IMG/VR virus record: IMGVR_UViG_2865671049_000004
Location: 14,759 to 78,758 of that record
Strand: one strand, 5' to 3'
DNA length: 64,000 nt
Origin: a virus
Taxonomy: Duplodnaviria > Caudoviricetes
Positions within the stretch are counted from its first letter, which is position 1. Each line of letters starts with the position of its first letter. This document shows, in pieces, positions 53,472 through 62,459 of the stretch. A program made the translations under genes and the position numbers. A model generated the notes under the pieces. That model ran no database searches, was not told the DNA's origin, and saw only the letters and a list, made by a program, of their open reading frames with translations.

Positions 53472-53475
53472 CCCA

Positions 53476-53976
53476 ATGAATTTCACCATCGAAACTGTCG
53501 AAGAAGGCGCCAACGAGCGCGGCGAATACTGGGTCGTCGTCATGTCGGACGACGCCGGATCCAAGGTCAACCACGCCTTCCCGAAGGACGCACTGCTGTG
53601 GCGGGCAGCCGAATACGGCATCGACCCGACTGACACCGGCACGCTCCTCGACATCATCCTGCACGAGCCGTACATCCCGGACCCGCGCCTGAACGACCCG
53701 CCGGCAGCTGCGGCTGTCCGCGCCGAGGTCGGCGGCAAGCGGGTACCGGCCACGCTCGCAACCGCCGCCACCACGGCGGATGCCCGGACCGCGCACCTCG
53801 CCCGGATCGCTCACGTGAAGGCGAATGTCCGTCGCATCGCCGGCCCGCAAGGCAAGGGGGCGGCGAATCCGCTGGATGTGATCCTCATCCACCCGGTCGA
53901 CCACGGCCGGCTGGCAGAGATCCGGGAAGCCCGTCAGCCTGCCACGCCCCTTAACCACCCCGGGAGCCGTCGATGA
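53476..53976 (+). CDS. Tail-associated hypothetical protein (possible assembly chaperone)
   Basis: LLWRAAEYGIDP..LLDIILHEP; position between tail genes. Confidence 0.6.
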   Translation: MNFTIETVEEGANERGEYWVVVMSDDAGSKVNHAFPKDALLWRAAEYGIDPTDTGTLLDIILHEPYIPDPRLNDPPAAAAVRAEVGGKRVPATLATAATTADARTAHLARIAHVKANVRRIAGPQGKGAANPLDVILIHPVDHGRLAEIREARQPATPLNHPGSRR

Positions 53977-54830
53977 CTTCTACGACCACCACCCGCGTCG
54001 GCCTGTACAAGACCAGCAGCGACGGCTCCGACCTCGTCAACGTGGTCACGGACCTGCTGAACAACTGGGACGCGATCGACCTGAACATCGGCTACCGGGA
54101 CTGCACATCGACCACGCGCCCGTCGACGGTGTGGAAGGGCCTGCCCATCCGGGAGTCCGACACGGGCCGCCTGTACGTCTCCAACGGCACCGCCCCGGCG
54201 TCCGGGAGTTGGGTGCAGATCCCGGCTGCGGGCGCCAGCTTCCTCGCCGCGTTCACGTTCGCCGGCGCCGTCTCCCTGAACTCCACCCTGGCAGTCACCG
54301 GGGCGACCACGCTCTCATCGACGCTCGCCGTCACCGGCGCCACCACCCTGTCCTCCACCCTTGGCGTAACCGGAGCGGTGACCCTCAACAGCACGCTCGC
54401 CGTCACCGGCAACATCACCAACAGCGGAACGATCAGCAGCCTCACCTCCAGCGCGGCAGAGGACACCACCAGCCGAACCACGACCAGCACCAGCCTCACC
54501 ACCATCGCTGGCGCCCTCGCAGCGACGCTGACGGTCCCGCCGTCCGGGAAGGTGAAGGTGACTCTTCTGACGCTGCAGCGCAACTCCGGCGCCGGCAACA
54601 CCTTCAGCAGCTTCCGGGCGGCCGGGTCCGTCTCCGGCACCAACTTCACCGAAACGTTGACCGGCAGCATCGGCGTCACGGGCACCAACAACTCGACCGG
54701 CATGATCGTGCGACGCCTCACCGGCCTCACCGCCGGAGAGACCCTCACTGTCACCCCGTACCACATGGTCAACAGCGGTACGGGCACCTACGACTACCGC
54801 TACATCATGCTCGAAGCCCTCGGCGTCTAG
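53973..54830 (+). CDS. Tail fibre / minor tail protein with 12-aa beta repeats
   Basis: STLAVTGATTLS-type repeat x4; N-terminal anchor NNWDAIDLN. Confidence 0.75.
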   Translation: MTSTTTTRVGLYKTSSDGSDLVNVVTDLLNNWDAIDLNIGYRDCTSTTRPSTVWKGLPIRESDTGRLYVSNGTAPASGSWVQIPAAGASFLAAFTFAGAVSLNSTLAVTGATTLSSTLAVTGATTLSSTLGVTGAVTLNSTLAVTGNITNSGTISSLTSSAAEDTTSRTTTSTSLTTIAGALAATLTVPPSGKVKVTLLTLQRNSGAGNTFSSFRAAGSVSGTNFTETLTGSIGVTGTNNSTGMIVRRLTGLTAGETLTVTPYHMVNSGTGTYDYRYIMLEALGV

Positions 54831-54839
54831 GAGACCCTC

Positions 54840-55076
54840 ATGTCCGACACCACCCAGCAGAGCACCGTGTCCCTCGAAGCGGTCCTCGACCAGTACGTTC
54901 AGATGACCACTGATCTGACGATGACTCTCGCGCAGGTCCGCGCGCTCCTCGGTGAGCGGAACCGCGAGCTCGCAGCTGTACGCGGCGAAGCGGAGGAGAT
55001 GCGGGCGAAGCTGGCCGCAGCCGACGCCGCCCCGGCGTGGCCGTACGAGACACCTCCCGGCGGCGTGCAGAGCTGA
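54840..55076 (+). CDS. Small coiled-coil protein
   Basis: 78 aa, AGGAGA RBS. Confidence 0.7.
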   Translation: MSDTTQQSTVSLEAVLDQYVQMTTDLTMTLAQVRALLGERNRELAAVRGEAEEMRAKLAAADAAPAWPYETPPGGVQS

Positions 55077-55679
55077 TCAGAAGCGGGCGTCGCCCTGCCC
55101 GGGCAGGCCACTGGTGTTGGCGCCATGAGCGTTCCACAGCCAGGTCCGGCGGGGCAGGTGCACGATCCGGGCGCCCGCGGCAATGCACTCGACGGTGAAC
55201 TGGAAGTCCTCGCCGTAGCGCTCGCCGTCAATGAGGGCACCGGCCGGCGGTTCGCGGAAGCCGACAGCCTGGGCGAGCTCGGTCCGGACCAAGGTGGTGA
55301 TCGTCGTCTGCGTCGGGTGCTCGGGGTCGAAGACCTTCCCGAAGTGCGGCAGCGGGTCCGAGCCGAATCCCACCGGTACGTACCAGGCGTAGACGTAGTC
55401 GGCGCCGGTCTCCTGGGCGCACGCCATCAGGTCCGCGAGATGGTTTGGCTTCAGCTGGTCGTCCGAGTCGAGGAACGCGACCCAGTCGGTGGTGGCCTTC
55501 ATGAGGCCGCGGTGCCGGGTCGCTGCCGCGCCGGCCCGGTCGAGGTCGTGCTCGACGATGAGGGATGCGGCGGGCAGGGTCTGGCCGAGGATGCTGCCGA
55601 CGGCGCGCTTGGTCATGCCGTTGCGGACCCGAGCCGGGTGAGTCGGGACGATGACGGTGATGTCAGATCCGAAGGGCAC
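55077..55679 (-). CDS. Glycosyltransferase family 2
   Basis: ITVIVPTH; WVAFLDSDD; GEDFQF. Confidence 0.88.
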   Translation of the reverse strand: MPFGSDITVIVPTHPARVRNGMTKRAVGSILGQTLPAASLIVEHDLDRAGAAATRHRGLMKATTDWVAFLDSDDQLKPNHLADLMACAQETGADYVYAWYVPVGFGSDPLPHFGKVFDPEHPTQTTITTLVRTELAQAVGFREPPAGALIDGERYGEDFQFTVECIAAGARIVHLPRRTWLWNAHGANTSGLPGQGDARF

Positions 55680-56535
55680 GTCGGATCCCTTCTTCCAGCG
55701 TCACAGCAGGCTTGTAGAAGGTGTGCAGCTTGGTCGGGTCGGCGACGCGGTACTGGACGCCGTCGGGCGCGCCGAGGATGTGGTGCAGCTTCGGCGTGTA
55801 GCCGGCCTCAGCACAGACGAGCTCGGCAAGCTCGTTGAAGCTGGTGGCGCGGCCGGTGCCGATGTTCGTCGGGCCTGTGACGTCCTGGTCGATGGCGGCG
55901 AGGGTCGCGCCCACGACGTCGTCGATGTGGACCCAATCCCTGACCTGCCGGCCGGTGCCCCAGATCTCGAACGGATCCCGCCGCTGCCGGGCCCGCTGGA
56001 TGAACGACGGGAACGGGTAGTCGAGGGCCTGGTCGGCGCCGTATCCGGACATGGGGCGCAGCACGTGGACGCGGCAGCCCTCTGCTTCGGCGTACGGGAC
56101 GAGCTGCTCGCCGGTCAACTTCGCGAGGCCATAGGTGGCGTCGGGCTGTGCCGTCCAGTACAGGTCGATGTCAGTCTCGGCCAGACGGTGGCCGCTGCCT
56201 TCGCGCTGCAGGTAGACCGGGTAGGCGGCGGAGCTGGAGTAGTAAACGGCACGGCGGGTGCGGGACGCGATGAGCCACCGCATGTACCAAGCGTCCAATG
56301 CGAGGTTGGTGGCGACGCCCAGGGGGTGCCCGTCGATGCTGGCGCGGCCGCCGACGATCGCAGCGCAGTGGATGGACAGGTCGTAGGGGGTGCGGTCGCG
56401 GCGGAAGAAGTCGAGGGCGTCGCCGATGTTCGCGGCCCGCAGGTCGCAGGTGGTGACGTGGTCGCCTCGTTCTTCAAGTGCGCGGTGAAGGTGGCGGCCG
56501 ATGAACCCGGCGCTGCCGCTCAGGAAGACTCGCAT
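55663..56535 (-). CDS. NAD-dependent epimerase/dehydratase
   Basis: GSAGFIG; YYSSSAAY; YGLAK; RDWVHIDD. Confidence 0.93.
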   Translation of the reverse strand: MRVFLSGSAGFIGRHLHRALEERGDHVTTCDLRAANIGDALDFFRRDRTPYDLSIHCAAIVGGRASIDGHPLGVATNLALDAWYMRWLIASRTRRAVYYSSSAAYPVYLQREGSGHRLAETDIDLYWTAQPDATYGLAKLTGEQLVPYAEAEGCRVHVLRPMSGYGADQALDYPFPSFIQRARQRRDPFEIWGTGRQVRDWVHIDDVVGATLAAIDQDVTGPTNIGTGRATSFNELAELVCAEAGYTPKLHHILGAPDGVQYRVADPTKLHTFYKPAVTLEEGIRRALRI

Positions 56536-56545
56536 GCTGTTCTCC

Positions 56546-56935
56546 TCAGAGCCACGTCACGGCAGCGGCGTTGATAGCCAGGTGGATGGTGTTGTCAGCG
56601 ATGATCATCAGCCAGACGGCCATCCACGCCGGACGGTCCTGGTGGTAGCCCGTGCCTGAGCATTCGGCCCACGGGTGCCGGTACGCCTTCGGGGCGACGA
56701 GGTTCTTCGCCCAGCAGACGTGCCGGGCGAGCCGGTAGTGGTCGATGACGGCGTGCGTGATGACGATGACCGCCAGCGCGGGCAGCGAGCGGGTCACCGC
56801 GATGTACGGCAGCCCGTAGGTCAGGGCGTGAGCCCAGGCGGGCCACCAGCGCTTCGTCTTCTCGTTCGCCATCCAGTCGGACTGGATGAGGTAGTCGCCG
56901 CAGAGGTGTGCGAGGACGATGCCGAATGCGATCAC
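56546..56935 (-). CDS. DUF3307-family membrane protein
   Basis: AHLCGDYLIQSDWMA..K; HALTY; THAVIDH; ADNTIH. Confidence 0.8.
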   Translation of the reverse strand: MIAFGIVLAHLCGDYLIQSDWMANEKTKRWWPAWAHALTYGLPYIAVTRSLPALAVIVITHAVIDHYRLARHVCWAKNLVAPKAYRHPWAECSGTGYHQDRPAWMAVWLMIIADNTIHLAINAAAVTWL

Positions 56936-57528
56936 TGCTTCTCCCCGAGGATGACTTGGAACTGGCCGACCGTCTCGTGCCGCAGTACCCGGAAGCCGCC
57001 CTGCTCGATGAGCACCCGGTAGCCGTCCTGATCCCAGGCCCAGCAGTGGCACTCGTCGTGGGACTCGGGCGTCTCCGTCCACGGGGACGACGCCACCAGG
57101 TACCGGGACGTCCCACCGATCCACCGAACGACACCGTGGGGGTCCGCGACGTGCTCCAGCACCTCGGTCGTCACCGCGATGTCGCCGAGCTGGACACGGT
57201 CCCGGTCGGCGCCGAACACGTCGAGGGGGTAGGCGCGAACACCGCGGGCCCGCCATCCGTCGCGGTTGGAGGGCTGGAAGTCGTAGCCCCAGCAGTCAAT
57301 GTCCGCCGCCATGAGGAGCGACAGGAGGCCCCCGTCGCCGCAGCCAAGGTCCGACACGGTTGCCCGCCGGTCGATCATGCGGGACGCGTCGATGGCCATG
57401 GAAGCGGCGAGGTCGAGGCGGGGCCGGTGTACGGGCTGTTCGAGGTGCGGGGCCCGCTCCCGGTGCTCGTGGAAGGCTGCGGTGGAGACGTGCGGGACGT
57501 CGCCTTCGAACAGGCGATGCTCAGCCAC
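56932..57528 (-). CDS. Class I SAM-dependent methyltransferase
   Basis: VSDLGCGDG; GYDF; TEVLEHVADPH. Confidence 0.9.
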   Translation of the reverse strand: MAEHRLFEGDVPHVSTAAFHEHRERAPHLEQPVHRPRLDLAASMAIDASRMIDRRATVSDLGCGDGGLLSLLMAADIDCWGYDFQPSNRDGWRARGVRAYPLDVFGADRDRVQLGDIAVTTEVLEHVADPHGVVRWIGGTSRYLVASSPWTETPESHDECHCWAWDQDGYRVLIEQGGFRVLRHETVGQFQVILGEKQ

Positions 57529-58219
57529 GGGGGTACTCCTTGATCTGCTGAACCCATCGGGCCAGGTCGTTGGCCCGCCACGCTTCGAAAACGGCCCGGT
57601 CGGCGTCGGACCGCTCGTCGGTGTTGCACTCGGCGTAGCCCTCGTCGTACTCGGCTTTGCCTGCGATCGGGTGCATGTGCTCGACGACGACGTCCGGCAG
57701 GTAGCGGATCGCCCCGAGCGCCTGCCCGAGGGTCAGCCAGACGTTGTCCGCCCAGAGGTGCACGAGCCCGGGCGGCACCATGTAGCCCGTGGCGAGGACG
57801 ATGTCCGACGTCATCGCGACCTGCGTCGGCAGGCTCGCGCCCTGGATCAGGTCATTGCCGTAGACGAGGCCCGTACCGAGCTGGTCGAGGGCCTCGATGT
57901 ACTGGCCGTCCCAGCCGACGGTGCGCGGCCGGTGGTCGTCACCGAGGAACCCGATGTGGCGGCTGCCCGCGGCGACGGTCGGTGCGAGGGCGTTGAGCGT
58001 GCCCCCGAGGCGGAGTCGGGGCCCGACCTGCATCTGGAGCCGGGGATCACCGTCGGCCCAGTCGAGCCTCTGCTCGTACCCGAGCAGGAACGGGTCGTCG
58101 TCGTCGACCGCGGCAAGCAGCACTGTGTCGGCGGTGGACGTCTCCTTGAACGCGCACCAGAGTTCCCAGAGGTTTCCGGGCCGGCTGCGGGTCGGCACGA
58201 TGATCGTCAGGTCAGGCAT
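57521..58219 (-). CDS. Glycosyltransferase family 2-like
   Basis: LTIIVPTRSRP; VDDDDP; GFLGDDH; HLWADN; VVEHMHP. Confidence 0.8.
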   Translation of the reverse strand: MPDLTIIVPTRSRPGNLWELWCAFKETSTADTVLLAAVDDDDPFLLGYEQRLDWADGDPRLQMQVGPRLRLGGTLNALAPTVAAGSRHIGFLGDDHRPRTVGWDGQYIEALDQLGTGLVYGNDLIQGASLPTQVAMTSDIVLATGYMVPPGLVHLWADNVWLTLGQALGAIRYLPDVVVEHMHPIAGKAEYDEGYAECNTDERSDADRAVFEAWRANDLARWVQQIKEYPRG

Positions 58220-58536
58220 GCTGCCTCCTCCATGTACTCGATGTGCACGTCCAGCGACGTCTCGACCGCGCCGTCCGTCTCGCCGGTCATCTCGTATCCG
58301 CACCAGCAGGTGATCGTGTAGTCGCGGCCCTCTTCGCAGTCCCCGCCGTACGGGTAGATGGCGTCGGTGCCGTGGTGTCGGTCGAGTTCGTCACGCAGGT
58401 GCTGGCATGCGCTATTCATCGCGGCCTGCTGAGAACCCCAGTTGAGGCTGAATCGCCAGCAGTTGCCGTTGGAGCAGCGCCATTGCCAGGTTGTGGAGTT
58501 GGGCGAGCGGCGGACCTCAACCATCGGTTCGGGCAC
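58207..58536 (-). CDS. Hypothetical Cys/His-containing protein
   Basis: WRCSNGNC; ITCWCG..H. Confidence 0.6.
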   Translation of the reverse strand: MPEPMVEVRRSPNSTTWQWRCSNGNCWRFSLNWGSQQAAMNSACQHLRDELDRHHGTDAIYPYGGDCEEGRDYTITCWCGYEMTGETDGAVETSLDVHIEYMEEAACLT

Positions 58537-58633
58537 CGTGGTCGTCCTTCTGCTTGGCGCCGGCCCAGGCGGCGATCCAGACGACGGCGACGAGGGTCGC
58601 GCAGATGATCGCGGTGATGATGATGGCGGTCAC
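58517..58633 (-). CDS. 38-aa single-TM peptide
   Basis: MTAIIITAIICATLVAVVWIAAWAGAKQKDDHGARTDG*; GGAGG RBS. Confidence 0.6.
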   Translation of the reverse strand: MTAIIITAIICATLVAVVWIAAWAGAKQKDDHGARTDG

Positions 58634-58923
58634 AGTTGTTCCTCCGTGGAATCGTTGACGATGCGGACGACGTGCCCGCACGCCGTGAAATCGACTCGGT
58701 CAGGGTCGTCGCGGTAGAACGTCAGCTTCGCCTGATGAGCCCAGCAGACAGGGCACCGTGGGAGGGGTTGCGGCATCGGAAGGATCGGACCGCCGACGAC
58801 GAACAGCTCCGCCCAGCGCATATCTCGTTCGGCGCGCCGCTCGGCGAGGTCGACGTTCTCGACCTTCATGTAGTCCTCGAACTCGGCGCGGGTCATGAGG
58901 CGGACCTCGGCTTGCTCGGTCAT
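58630..58923 (-). CDS. Hypothetical Zn-ribbon protein
   Basis: CPVC...FTACGH; ATGA coupling to GT4. Confidence 0.65.
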   Translation of the reverse strand: MTEQAEVRLMTRAEFEDYMKVENVDLAERRAERDMRWAELFVVGGPILPMPQPLPRCPVCWAHQAKLTFYRDDPDRVDFTACGHVVRIVNDSTEEQL

Positions 58924-59915
58924 CCCGCGATCGCCTTCGCCCAGTCGTCGACGTTGCCTTCGATCGTCCAGTCCGCTGCCTGCCGTCGGCCGGCGGCGCC
59001 CATCTCCTCGCGCATCGCCTCGTCGTTCACGAGGTCCCGCAGGTACCGGCTCCACTCGTGATCCCGGCGCACGAGGAACCCGGTCTCGCCGTGCTTCACG
59101 AAGCGGGCGTACGGCCCGTAGTCCGACGCGATGACGGGGATGCCGAGGATCGCCGCTTCCAGCGGGCGCAGCGGCGACTTGGAGGCGTTGAAGCGGTGCG
59201 GGCGCAGCGGGGCGAGCATCACGTCGTAGTCGATCGCCCGCCAGTAGTCCGGCACCGAGTTCGTCCACCCGGTGTGCCGCACCCGCTCCCGAACCCCGAG
59301 CTCCTTCGCGTAGTTGGAGCCCATCAGGTGCAGCTCCGTGTGCGCGTTCCGAGCCATGACCTGCCGCAGTTGGCCACCCAGCTCGCCGACGTCCATCTGG
59401 TGCGTGGAGGAGCCTCCCCAGCCGATCGTCACCACGCCCTCACGCCGCGGCCTCTCGTGGGTGAGCAGCCAGGCCGGAAGCCGGTTCGGGATGACGTGCA
59501 CGCTCGGGTTGAAGGGGCGGACGACATCGGCGAGTTCCTCCGTCGTCACCGTGACCGCGTCCGCGACCCGGATGTTCGCCTCCAGGCGTGCCTGCACGCC
59601 CGTCTGGTTGAAGAAGCCGTGGGCGACCGGCGACGTCGCGTCGATGGTCCACAGGTCGTCGTCCAGCTCAAAGACGAGCCGCGGCCGGTCCTCCTGGGCA
59701 GCGAGTTGCTGCCAGCGGCTCGACGGGCCCGGCATGCACACCCGCTGCCCGATGATCGTGGCCGCCTGCAGATCGGCGGGCATCCGCTCGCTGAAGCCGG
59801 CAGCGACGCCTTGGTCCCGCAGGGTGGTGAGGGGCAGTTCGATGCGGAGGGTTCCGCAGCCGGTTCGGTCCGCCATCCAGCCGAAGACGTCCAGGCCGGG
59901 GTGTGGGGGCGCCAC
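58920..59915 (-). CDS. Glycosyltransferase family 4 (GT-B)
   Basis: GCGTLRIELP; FELDDDLW; IGWGGSSTH; FNASKSPLRPLEAAILGIPVIASD. Confidence 0.9.
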   Translation of the reverse strand: MAPPHPGLDVFGWMADRTGCGTLRIELPLTTLRDQGVAAGFSERMPADLQAATIIGQRVCMPGPSSRWQQLAAQEDRPRLVFELDDDLWTIDATSPVAHGFFNQTGVQARLEANIRVADAVTVTTEELADVVRPFNPSVHVIPNRLPAWLLTHERPRREGVVTIGWGGSSTHQMDVGELGGQLRQVMARNAHTELHLMGSNYAKELGVRERVRHTGWTNSVPDYWRAIDYDVMLAPLRPHRFNASKSPLRPLEAAILGIPVIASDYGPYARFVKHGETGFLVRRDHEWSRYLRDLVNDEAMREEMGAAGRRQAADWTIEGNVDDWAKAIAG

Positions 59916-60259
59916 GGTGCCGCTCCGATCAAGCGGGGTGGTAGCGGGGTTGGACGCGGGACCCGACCCCGCTAGAGCGGGCCCCGCGCGGCGACCTGCA
60001 TGGGGGGACACACCAGCCGCACGCCCAGACAGTAGGCGCGGCCCCTTCTGACGGTGGAAATGCAGGTCAGAGCGTTGCGAGAGCACGCCAGTGGCAGGTG
60101 AGTCTGAGGGTGTGGGTCCGGTGCCAGGTGGCGTACGCGGACGGCTGGAGGGTCGCGGACACGGGCGCTGACCTGCACCGGATCCACATCGTCCCGTTCC
60201 CCGAGGGGGTGCCCGATGCCCGGTAGTACAGCGCGTCCCGTGCTGTGCCGGCCGATCAT

Positions 60260-60293
60260 CGGTGCGCGTGGTGTGTCGCTACTGGTCTATATG
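60260..60293 (+). promoter_or_regulatory. Candidate phage-specific late promoter, copy 2 (upstream of the endolysin)
   Basis: CGGTGC-N7-GTGTCGCTACTGGTCTATATG, 56 bp before the lysin ATG. Confidence 0.7.
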
Positions 60294-60349
60294 ACTCGGA
60301 TTTGGCATGCCGGCACCGCCCCGGGTGACCCTCACCCCTTGGAGGCCTG

Positions 60350-61219
60350 ATGGCCTGGTACCCCGGCGCCGAGCGCATGGAGCTCCAACCCGAGTCCGAC
60401 GACCAACCGGCCATCGTGCCGACCCAGCTGATCGCGCACAGCATCGCCGCCCCCTGGACTCCGCAGCGGATCTTCGAGTACTGGCGGGACAGCACGAACC
60501 TGGAGAGCCACTTCGGCCTCGGGTACGACGGCGCGATCGCGCAGTACATCGGCACGCAGACCAAAGCGGACGCCAACATGTACGCCAACCGGCGCCCCGA
60601 CGGCACCGGCGCGGTCAGCATCGAGACCGCCTCCAACCTCCAGCACACCGACCCATGGACGCCGGAGCAGGTCGAGGCGCTGATCCGGCTCGGCGTGTGG
60701 CTGCACCAGCAGCACGGAATCCCGCTTCGGATCTGCCGCAGCTGGGACGACCCCGGGTACGGCTACCACCGCCTCTTCGCCGAATGGTCGGACGGCGGCA
60801 CCGCCTGCCCGGGTGATGCCCGCGTGCAGCAGTTCAAGGACCGCGTCTTCCCCGGCATCGTCGCCCGAGCCAGCGGCCAGCTGCCCCCCGCCCCCAACGC
60901 GTCCCAGGAGGACGACATGCCCACCCCCCAGGAGTACGCCGCCGCCGTCTGGGACCAGCCCCTAGTCGACGTCGCCACCGGCAAGAAGGTCACCCCCGGC
61001 ACGGTCCTCGCCTGGATGGACAAGGTCCACAACACCCAGGTCGAGATCCTCGGCCGGCAGAACGCAGCCACCACCGCCGCCATCACCGCACTGGCCACCC
61101 AGCTCGCCCAGGTCCATGGCGTCGACACCGCAACGGTCGTCGCAGCCGTCCAGCAGGCCATCGCCGACGCGGTACTCGACGTCAACGTCTCCGTCACCTC
61201 CACCCCGAAGGGAAACTGA
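60350..61219 (+). CDS. Endolysin, N-acetylmuramoyl-L-alanine amidase (Amidase_2-like)
   Basis: IAHS; SHFG; AVSIET; GYGYHR; TACPG. Confidence 0.9.
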   Translation: MAWYPGAERMELQPESDDQPAIVPTQLIAHSIAAPWTPQRIFEYWRDSTNLESHFGLGYDGAIAQYIGTQTKADANMYANRRPDGTGAVSIETASNLQHTDPWTPEQVEALIRLGVWLHQQHGIPLRICRSWDDPGYGYHRLFAEWSDGGTACPGDARVQQFKDRVFPGIVARASGQLPPAPNASQEDDMPTPQEYAAAVWDQPLVDVATGKKVTPGTVLAWMDKVHNTQVEILGRQNAATTAAITALATQLAQVHGVDTATVVAAVQQAIADAVLDVNVSVTSTPKGN

Positions 61220-61221
61220 CC

Positions 61222-61602
61222 ATGCCCATCCTCGGACGCGAACCCGCGCTCTGGCTCAGCCTCGTAGCAGTCCTCGTCAAAACCGGCACCGCGTTCGGAC
61301 TCGACCTCACCGTCGACCAGCAGTCCGTCATCAACGCCGCAGCCGCAGCACTCGTCGGCCTCGCCGTCGCCGTCATCGCCCACGACAGCGTCAGCGCCGC
61401 CCTCCTCGGCGCCGTCCAGGCCGTCATCGCCCTCGCCGTCGGCTTCGGTCTCCACTGGGGAGCCGACCAGCAGGCCGTCGTCATGTCCCTGGTCGCCATC
61501 GCCGTCGGCATGTACACCCGCACGCAGGTGACCGCGCCCGTCAGCGCGAAGGCCCCACTGCCGCCCCTGACCGCGGTACCCGGCGACGCCTACGGTGGAT
61601 GA
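61222..61602 (+). CDS. Holin-like membrane protein
   Basis: GREPAL..; about 4 TM segments; RTQVTAPV; follows the lysin. Confidence 0.75.
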   Translation: MPILGREPALWLSLVAVLVKTGTAFGLDLTVDQQSVINAAAAALVGLAVAVIAHDSVSAALLGAVQAVIALAVGFGLHWGADQQAVVMSLVAIAVGMYTRTQVTAPVSAKAPLPPLTAVPGDAYGG

Positions 61603-61930
61603 GCTGGCCGGCCTCGGCATCGTCCAGGGCGGCGCCGCAGCCGTCCTGGGCCTCGTCGTCATGCTGATCCTGCTGGGTCGCCTCGTACCCCGCAGCACCC
61701 TCGATGACCTACGCGCGGACCGTGACGCGCGGATCACAGAACTCGCGGCTGAAAGAGACACCTGGAAGGCCGCCCACCAACTGAGTGAGGAGGCCCGCCA
61801 CGTGGCACAGGACCAGGTCGGCGAACTGCTGGAGCTGTCACGCACATCGGTCCACGTACTGACATCGCTGCCCCGCACCGAGGGGGTGGCTCATGCTCAG
61901 CTGGATCAGGGCATGGCGACGCAGGGGTAA
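61595..61930 (+). CDS. Lysis-cassette membrane/coiled-coil protein
   Basis: N-terminal TM, GRLVPRSTLDD..ERDTWKAAH. Confidence 0.7.
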   Translation: MDELAGLGIVQGGAAAVLGLVVMLILLGRLVPRSTLDDLRADRDARITELAAERDTWKAAHQLSEEARHVAQDQVGELLELSRTSVHVLTSLPRTEGVAHAQLDQGMATQG

Positions 61931-62135
61931 CCGCGTGTCCCTCGTACGCAAGACGCCGAGGGCCACCGCAGGACAGCGGGACGCGGATCAGGCACTATCG
62001 CGCGCCGAGTCGGCGTGCACAGCGGTGAGGGAGCAGGCGGCGGAGGTGTCCACCCTGACCGCGAAGCTGCGGTCCGAGCGGGCGTCGAACCACTTCGCAG
62101 AGAGAATCAGGCTGACGGTAGAGGGAGGCCGCTGA
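61893..62135 (+). CDS. Lysis-cassette hypothetical protein
   Basis: C-terminal NHFAERI motif; overlaps its neighbours. Confidence 0.65.
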   Translation: MLSWIRAWRRRGNRVSLVRKTPRATAGQRDADQALSRAESACTAVREQAAEVSTLTAKLRSERASNHFAERIRLTVEGGR

Positions 62136-62449
62136 TGGACGCGGCGCAGATTGCGAACGTCTCGGCGTCTGGCCTGGTGGCGGGTGCTGCCGCCGTGGCG
62201 GCGGTCGTCTACCACTGGAAGGCCAGGTGGTGGCAGTCGCGGTGGGGCCGGCATGTGATGGCTGTGACGGTCAGCATGGGCCTGCTGGGGCTGTACACGG
62301 TGCTGGTCACGTTGGTGTGGCCGGCGGGTCCGGTGACGGCGGCGTTGCGGGTGGCCCGGACGGTTCTGCTGGTGATAGTGGCCGGCTTGTTGGTGCAGCG
62401 GACGCGGCTGGTGGTGGAGGCTCAGCGCCGGGTGGAGCCCGAGAAGTAG
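62135..62449 (+). CDS. Putative second holin (3 TM)
   Basis: ARWWQSRWGRHVM; hydrophobic segments; QRTRLVVEAQ. Confidence 0.65.
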   Translation: MDAAQIANVSASGLVAGAAAVAAVVYHWKARWWQSRWGRHVMAVTVSMGLLGLYTVLVTLVWPAGPVTAALRVARTVLLVIVAGLLVQRTRLVVEAQRRVEPEK

Positions 62450-62459
62450 CGGCACGGAC

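Noticed and set aside
50631-54830. Diversity-generating retroelement acting on tail genes
   Set aside because: No reverse transcriptase and no template/variable repeat pair differing at adenines; the only repeats are in-frame 36-bp fibre repeats.
26397-54959. Many long antisense or alternate-frame ORFs in the track (e.g. 26397-28283, 28935-30530, 33469-34959, 37496-39517, 44869-47265, 49607-53155)
   Set aside because: These are shadow ORFs typical of about 72% GC DNA; they overlap well-supported genes, have Arg/Gly/Pro-biased translations and show no motifs.
7055-60180. Scattered CTGACCTG(C/G) words (7055, 22087, 31017, 60061 reverse, near 60168)
   Set aside because: The motif is short, I recall it as common in Streptomyces DNA, and it has no consistent position here, so it cannot be called a functional site.
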